Source of the DNA: an uncultured delta proteobacterium
Lineage (GTDB): Bacteria; Myxococcota_A; Polyangia; Polyangiales; Polyangiaceae
Direction: 5' to 3'
DNA length: 64,000 nt
NCBI GenBank assembly: GCA_963841435.1
Contig: CAWJCS010000005.1
Coordinates: forward strand, 1,408,001 to 1,472,000
The translations under genes and the position numbers were made by a program. Shown piece by piece: positions 60,811-64,000 of the stretch (within the stretch, counting starts at the first letter, position 1; each line of letters begins with the position of its first letter). The notes below the pieces were generated by a model. That model had not been told where the DNA came from and made no database searches. It was given only the letters and a program-made list of their open reading frames with translations.

Positions 60811-62637
60811 TCAGCGCGGCTCGCATGACGGATCGGCGAGGTCGATCTGCCCGTCGCCGTCGTTGTCGATCCCGTCGTTGCAGACCTCGCCAGTGACGCA
60901 GTCGTCGATGACGCAGTTGCAGTCGTTGTCAACGCCGTCTCCGCAGATTTCGTGAGTCTCGCAGCTCGACAGGCAGTCCGGCTCGTCAACGTCGCCGTCG
61001 CAATCGTCGTCCAGACCGTTGTCACAGACCTCGACGCAGCCGCAAGCCGTGGGCGTTGCGTCGTCCGTGAAGAAGGCGCGATGGTTGCCGTGATCGAGGC
61101 TCTGAAAGGGGGCCCAGAACGCGGCATAGCCGGGGTCGGCGAGGCTCGGATCGACGGCGGCGAGAAAGAGCTGGTCCACCTTCTTGTCGGCGGGGCGGAC
61201 GTCCGCGTAGGCGCGCAGGCTCGAGAAGGCGACGAAATACGGTGGCGCGTCTCCGTGCGCGGAAACGAAGACGGGCATCGAGTTGCCGAGCGGCATGGTC
61301 GAGTCCTCGTCGTTCACGCGCTGGTTCAAGCGTGGAAGGTCGAAGAGCGCACCCGTTTCCGTGTCGAGCAGGCGCAAGCTTGCCTTGTCGGCGTCTCGCG
61401 ATTTTCCCTTCGCCTCGACGAACGCAAGGTAGCGACCATCCGGGCTGAACGAAGGAAAGAAGTCGCTTTGGTCCGGCGCGTCGCCCGTGACCAAGATCTG
61501 CGCCTCGCCGAAGCTTTCACCGTCGTAGGGCAGCACGGCGATGGACCCGCCTTCGACCTCCTTGGCGTTCCCCTTGGTGGCAAACGTGGCGGCCAGTCGG
61601 TCCCCCTTCGGCGACCAGTCCGGATGCGTGGCGAACGTTTCGTCGGGCAGCACGATGGTTCCGTCGTCGCTACCGACGGGCTCGCCCGTGGTCGCCGAGA
61701 GGAGGCGGAGCTTGCCGTGACTCGAAACCACGAGCCTGTTGCCATCCGGCGAGAACGAGGCCCACGCCGCCTCGAAGGCCGGATCCGGCATCGTGCCCGG
61801 CATCCCAGCCATCGGATCGGGCGTGTCGCCCGCAGTTCCCGTCCCTTTCATCGCGCGCACGCCGAAGAGCGAGCGCCGCTCGGGAACCGACACCACTTCG
61901 AGCTCTTCACCTTCGTAGATGACGGCGAGCTTCTTGCCGTCGCGCGAAAGTGTATGGCAGCCGGCGCACTCGCTCGTCGTCAACAGGGGCTCCGGATAGA
62001 ATTTCTGCGGTACGTCGTCCGACGTGCGCGCGGACGTGATTCCCTCCGCACCGGTCAACCAGTAGTAGACGCTCGAGGGCAATGGCTGCTCGCTCACGTA
62101 GAGCGTGATGCGTTCCGAGCGAAACGCCTCGTCCGGAGCTTTCGGATCCAGACCCCGGACGCTCACGCTGAGTTCTCCGCCGGCGTTTTCACCGGCGATG
62201 TAGCGCCACTGTTCCTCGGTCGGGTCGAGCGCGGGGTCCTTGGTGTAGATCCTCACCTTGGCGCGCGGGCCCACGATCTCGACCTCGAACAGGTGGTTCT
62301 TCTCGCCCGGGGTCCATGCGTGACGTACGCGCCAGACGTTCGGAGCGAGCATCGTCTCGTGGCAGGGATAGACGAGGTGTGGAGAGCGCTTCGGATCGGG
62401 CTCCGGAGCTTCGCTCGCGGCCGCGAAGCGGGCGGGCGCGTCGTCCCCGGCGCCGCTTTCGATGAAGACGTGAGCGCCGTCCGCGGCCGTGCCGCCGCCC
62501 GGCTTGCGCGCAGCATCGAGCTGCCCGAGGTCGACGATGCGGTCGCTCGTGCAAGCCGGGGCGCCGATGACGACACCGACGAGCGCCGCGCGAATCGCCG
62601 CGGCACGAAACCCACGCTCGGCAGCGCGAGGCCTCAT
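60811..62637 (-). CDS. TolB-like (PD40) beta-propeller lipoprotein with C-terminal Cys/Asp-rich repeats
   Basis: APAC lipobox-like; SFSPDG, PDWSPKG, PSFSPDG; three E.C..G.D.D..G/C repeats. Confidence 0.8.
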   Translation of the reverse strand: MRPRAAERGFRAAAIRAALVGVVIGAPACTSDRIVDLGQLDAARKPGGGTAADGAHVFIESGAGDDAPARFAAASEAPEPDPKRSPHLVYPCHETMLAPNVWRVRHAWTPGEKNHLFEVEIVGPRAKVRIYTKDPALDPTEEQWRYIAGENAGGELSVSVRGLDPKAPDEAFRSERITLYVSEQPLPSSVYYWLTGAEGITSARTSDDVPQKFYPEPLLTTSECAGCHTLSRDGKKLAVIYEGEELEVVSVPERRSLFGVRAMKGTGTAGDTPDPMAGMPGTMPDPAFEAAWASFSPDGNRLVVSSHGKLRLLSATTGEPVGSDDGTIVLPDETFATHPDWSPKGDRLAATFATKGNAKEVEGGSIAVLPYDGESFGEAQILVTGDAPDQSDFFPSFSPDGRYLAFVEAKGKSRDADKASLRLLDTETGALFDLPRLNQRVNDEDSTMPLGNSMPVFVSAHGDAPPYFVAFSSLRAYADVRPADKKVDQLFLAAVDPSLADPGYAAFWAPFQSLDHGNHRAFFTDDATPTACGCVEVCDNGLDDDCDGDVDEPDCLSSCETHEICGDGVDNDCNCVIDDCVTGEVCNDGIDNDGDGQIDLADPSCEPR

Positions 62638-63453
62638 CGGCCGTTCGAGAGCCGATCGAGCTGCGGCAGGTAGGCGGAGCGTGGATAGCGCGCACGGAAG
62701 GTCTGCTCACGCTGCTTGGCTTCCTCGCCCCGGCCGAGGCGGGCGAGCGCGGCGATGGTCAGAAATTCGCGTTCCTGTCCGAAGGCGCTGTTCGGGAAAC
62801 GCTGTCGAGCCTGTTCGACGAGCGCGAGCGTCTCCGCCGGGGTCGACCCGAGCGCGTTGCGGGCGCGCTTGAGGAGCTCGAATCTCGTTCCCCGCGAGTG
62901 GCGCCACGGCTCGCTGAGCCATGGCGGAGCCCGGTGCCGCCTCACCCGAAGCGCGTGTCCCAAAAGGCTCAGGGTCGATACGCTTCTCCGATGCGCGGGG
63001 TTTGCCAGACTCGGCAGGCTCGACCGGCTCGCCGAGCTCCAGCGGATCGGCGGGCGCGGCGCCGGCGCGCGGCGAGTCGTTTCGAACACTCGCCGTGGGC
63101 GACACGACCCCGGGATCACGCCTCCGCACGGATGGCACTGGCGACGCACCCGCGCGAGCGGCCGCTCGAAACGCATCGCTCTGGCGCGAAGAGCCGCCGC
63201 CGAACAGCACGAAAGCCGCGACCGCTGCCGCGCCCACGACGCCGAGCGCGAGCCACTTCGCACCCGCGACGCCGTGAGCCGGAGCCCCCGAAAGCCGCGG
63301 CGAAGGAGCGTCCGAGAGCACGATGCCGGCGTTCGTGAGACCACGAGCCACGCTGCGCAGGTTCTCGCGCGTCGCAAGCTTGCGCCGCGCCGCTCCGATG
63401 GCCTGACCGAGCTCGCCACCGTCCTCGAAGAGTCGTTTGGGCTCGCTGATCAC
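62634..63453 (-). CDS. Putative anti-sigma factor (single TM, Pro/Ala linker, C-terminal TPR-like helices); frameshift at about 62883
   Basis: Directly downstream of an ECF sigma; TM KWLALGVVGAAAVAAFVLF; C-terminus FELLKRARNAL..RFPNS..EREFL.I.AL..FRARYPRS in the next frame. Confidence 0.65.
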
Positions 63454-63456
63454 GCT

Positions 63457-64000
63457 TCAGCCTCCCTTCGTCGAAACGTTGGCACGCGCGAAACACTCGC
63501 GCACGTGCGCGCGCGCGGCATGAAGCCGCGAGTAGATCGTCTGAATCGGCGCTCCCGTGACCTCACCGACCTCGCGCAGCGAAAGCTCCTCGATCTCGTA
63601 GAGGACGAATGCGGCACGCTTGTCGGTGTCGAGCGTCTCGAGCGCTTCGAGCAAGCGTCGAAAGAGCTCGCGCGATTCGACCGTCTCGAGCAAGCCGCTG
63701 TAGGAAAGCGTGTCGGGAAACGTAGCGACGGGGACCTCACGGCGAACACGCGCGCTCCGCCGGTAATCCGAGGCCACGCGCAGGCAGATCGCGTAAAGCC
63801 AGGTTCTGATCGCGCGCCCGTCGAAGTCGGGCAGGCGCCGGTGCACGAGCAAAAACACGTCCTGGCAAACGTCGTCCACGTCGCCGCTCCGTACGCCGAG
63901 CCCCAGCAGCACGCGCCAGAGGTACGGCGCGTGGTCGCGAAAGACCCCTTCGAAGTCGAGTCGCCCTTTTTCGGGGGGCAGGGGTTCGCTGGCCGAAAGC
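63457..64000 (-). CDS. ECF RNA polymerase sigma factor (5' end beyond the window)
   Basis: FEGVFRDHAPYLWR, DDVCQDVFL, RTWLYAI..RVA.D.RR, RAAFVLYEIEELS, TIYSRLHAAR. Confidence 0.92.
   Translation of the reverse strand, partial: LSASEPLPPEKGRLDFEGVFRDHAPYLWRVLLGLGVRSGDVDDVCQDVFLLVHRRLPDFDGRAIRTWLYAICLRVASDYRRSARVRREVPVATFPDTLSYSGLLETVESRELFRRLLEALETLDTDKRAAFVLYEIEELSLREVGEVTGAPIQTIYSRLHAARAHVRECFARANVSTKGG

Overview
Very GC-rich bacterial DNA. The gene content (FHA-type sigma54 activator, Cys-rich repeat lipoproteins, PilZ, ECF/anti-sigma pair) suggests a myxobacterium, probably Polyangiaceae-like; this is inference. Bases 1-34.8 kb are a large surface-polysaccharide locus: Wzx flippase, short OPX/Wza, several GT2/GT4/TagA-type and GT-C-like transferases, two NodB-fold deacetylases, a clan-A glycoside hydrolase, a full GDP-heptose pathway, a WbpB/D/E/I-like pathway and rmlACB. 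The remainder holds housekeeping and accessory genes (ppnP, diguanylate cyclase, ribB-fusion/ribE, alr, GH94 phosphorylase, RNase E/G, hybrid kinase, OmpA/MotB, LysR, ECF sigma). The most notable element is a candidate c-di-GMP/sigma54 control module inside the polysaccharide locus. It comprises (i) a priming phosphoglycosyl transferase with an N-terminal MshEN-like 24-5-24 motif, (ii) two paralogous unknown 79-aa proteins, one coupled to that transferase and one behind a sigma54 promoter with three 15-bp repeats, (iii) a sigma54 activator with a degenerate GGDEF domain that keeps an RxxD site, and (iv) two Wzc-like proteins with apparent pseudokinase domains. Eight genes or gene segments carry single-base frameshifts, and four share the context TCGAACG, which points to sequencing artefacts. 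No rRNA, tRNA, CRISPR array or transposase was recognised. All family calls come from motif recognition by eye, not database searches.
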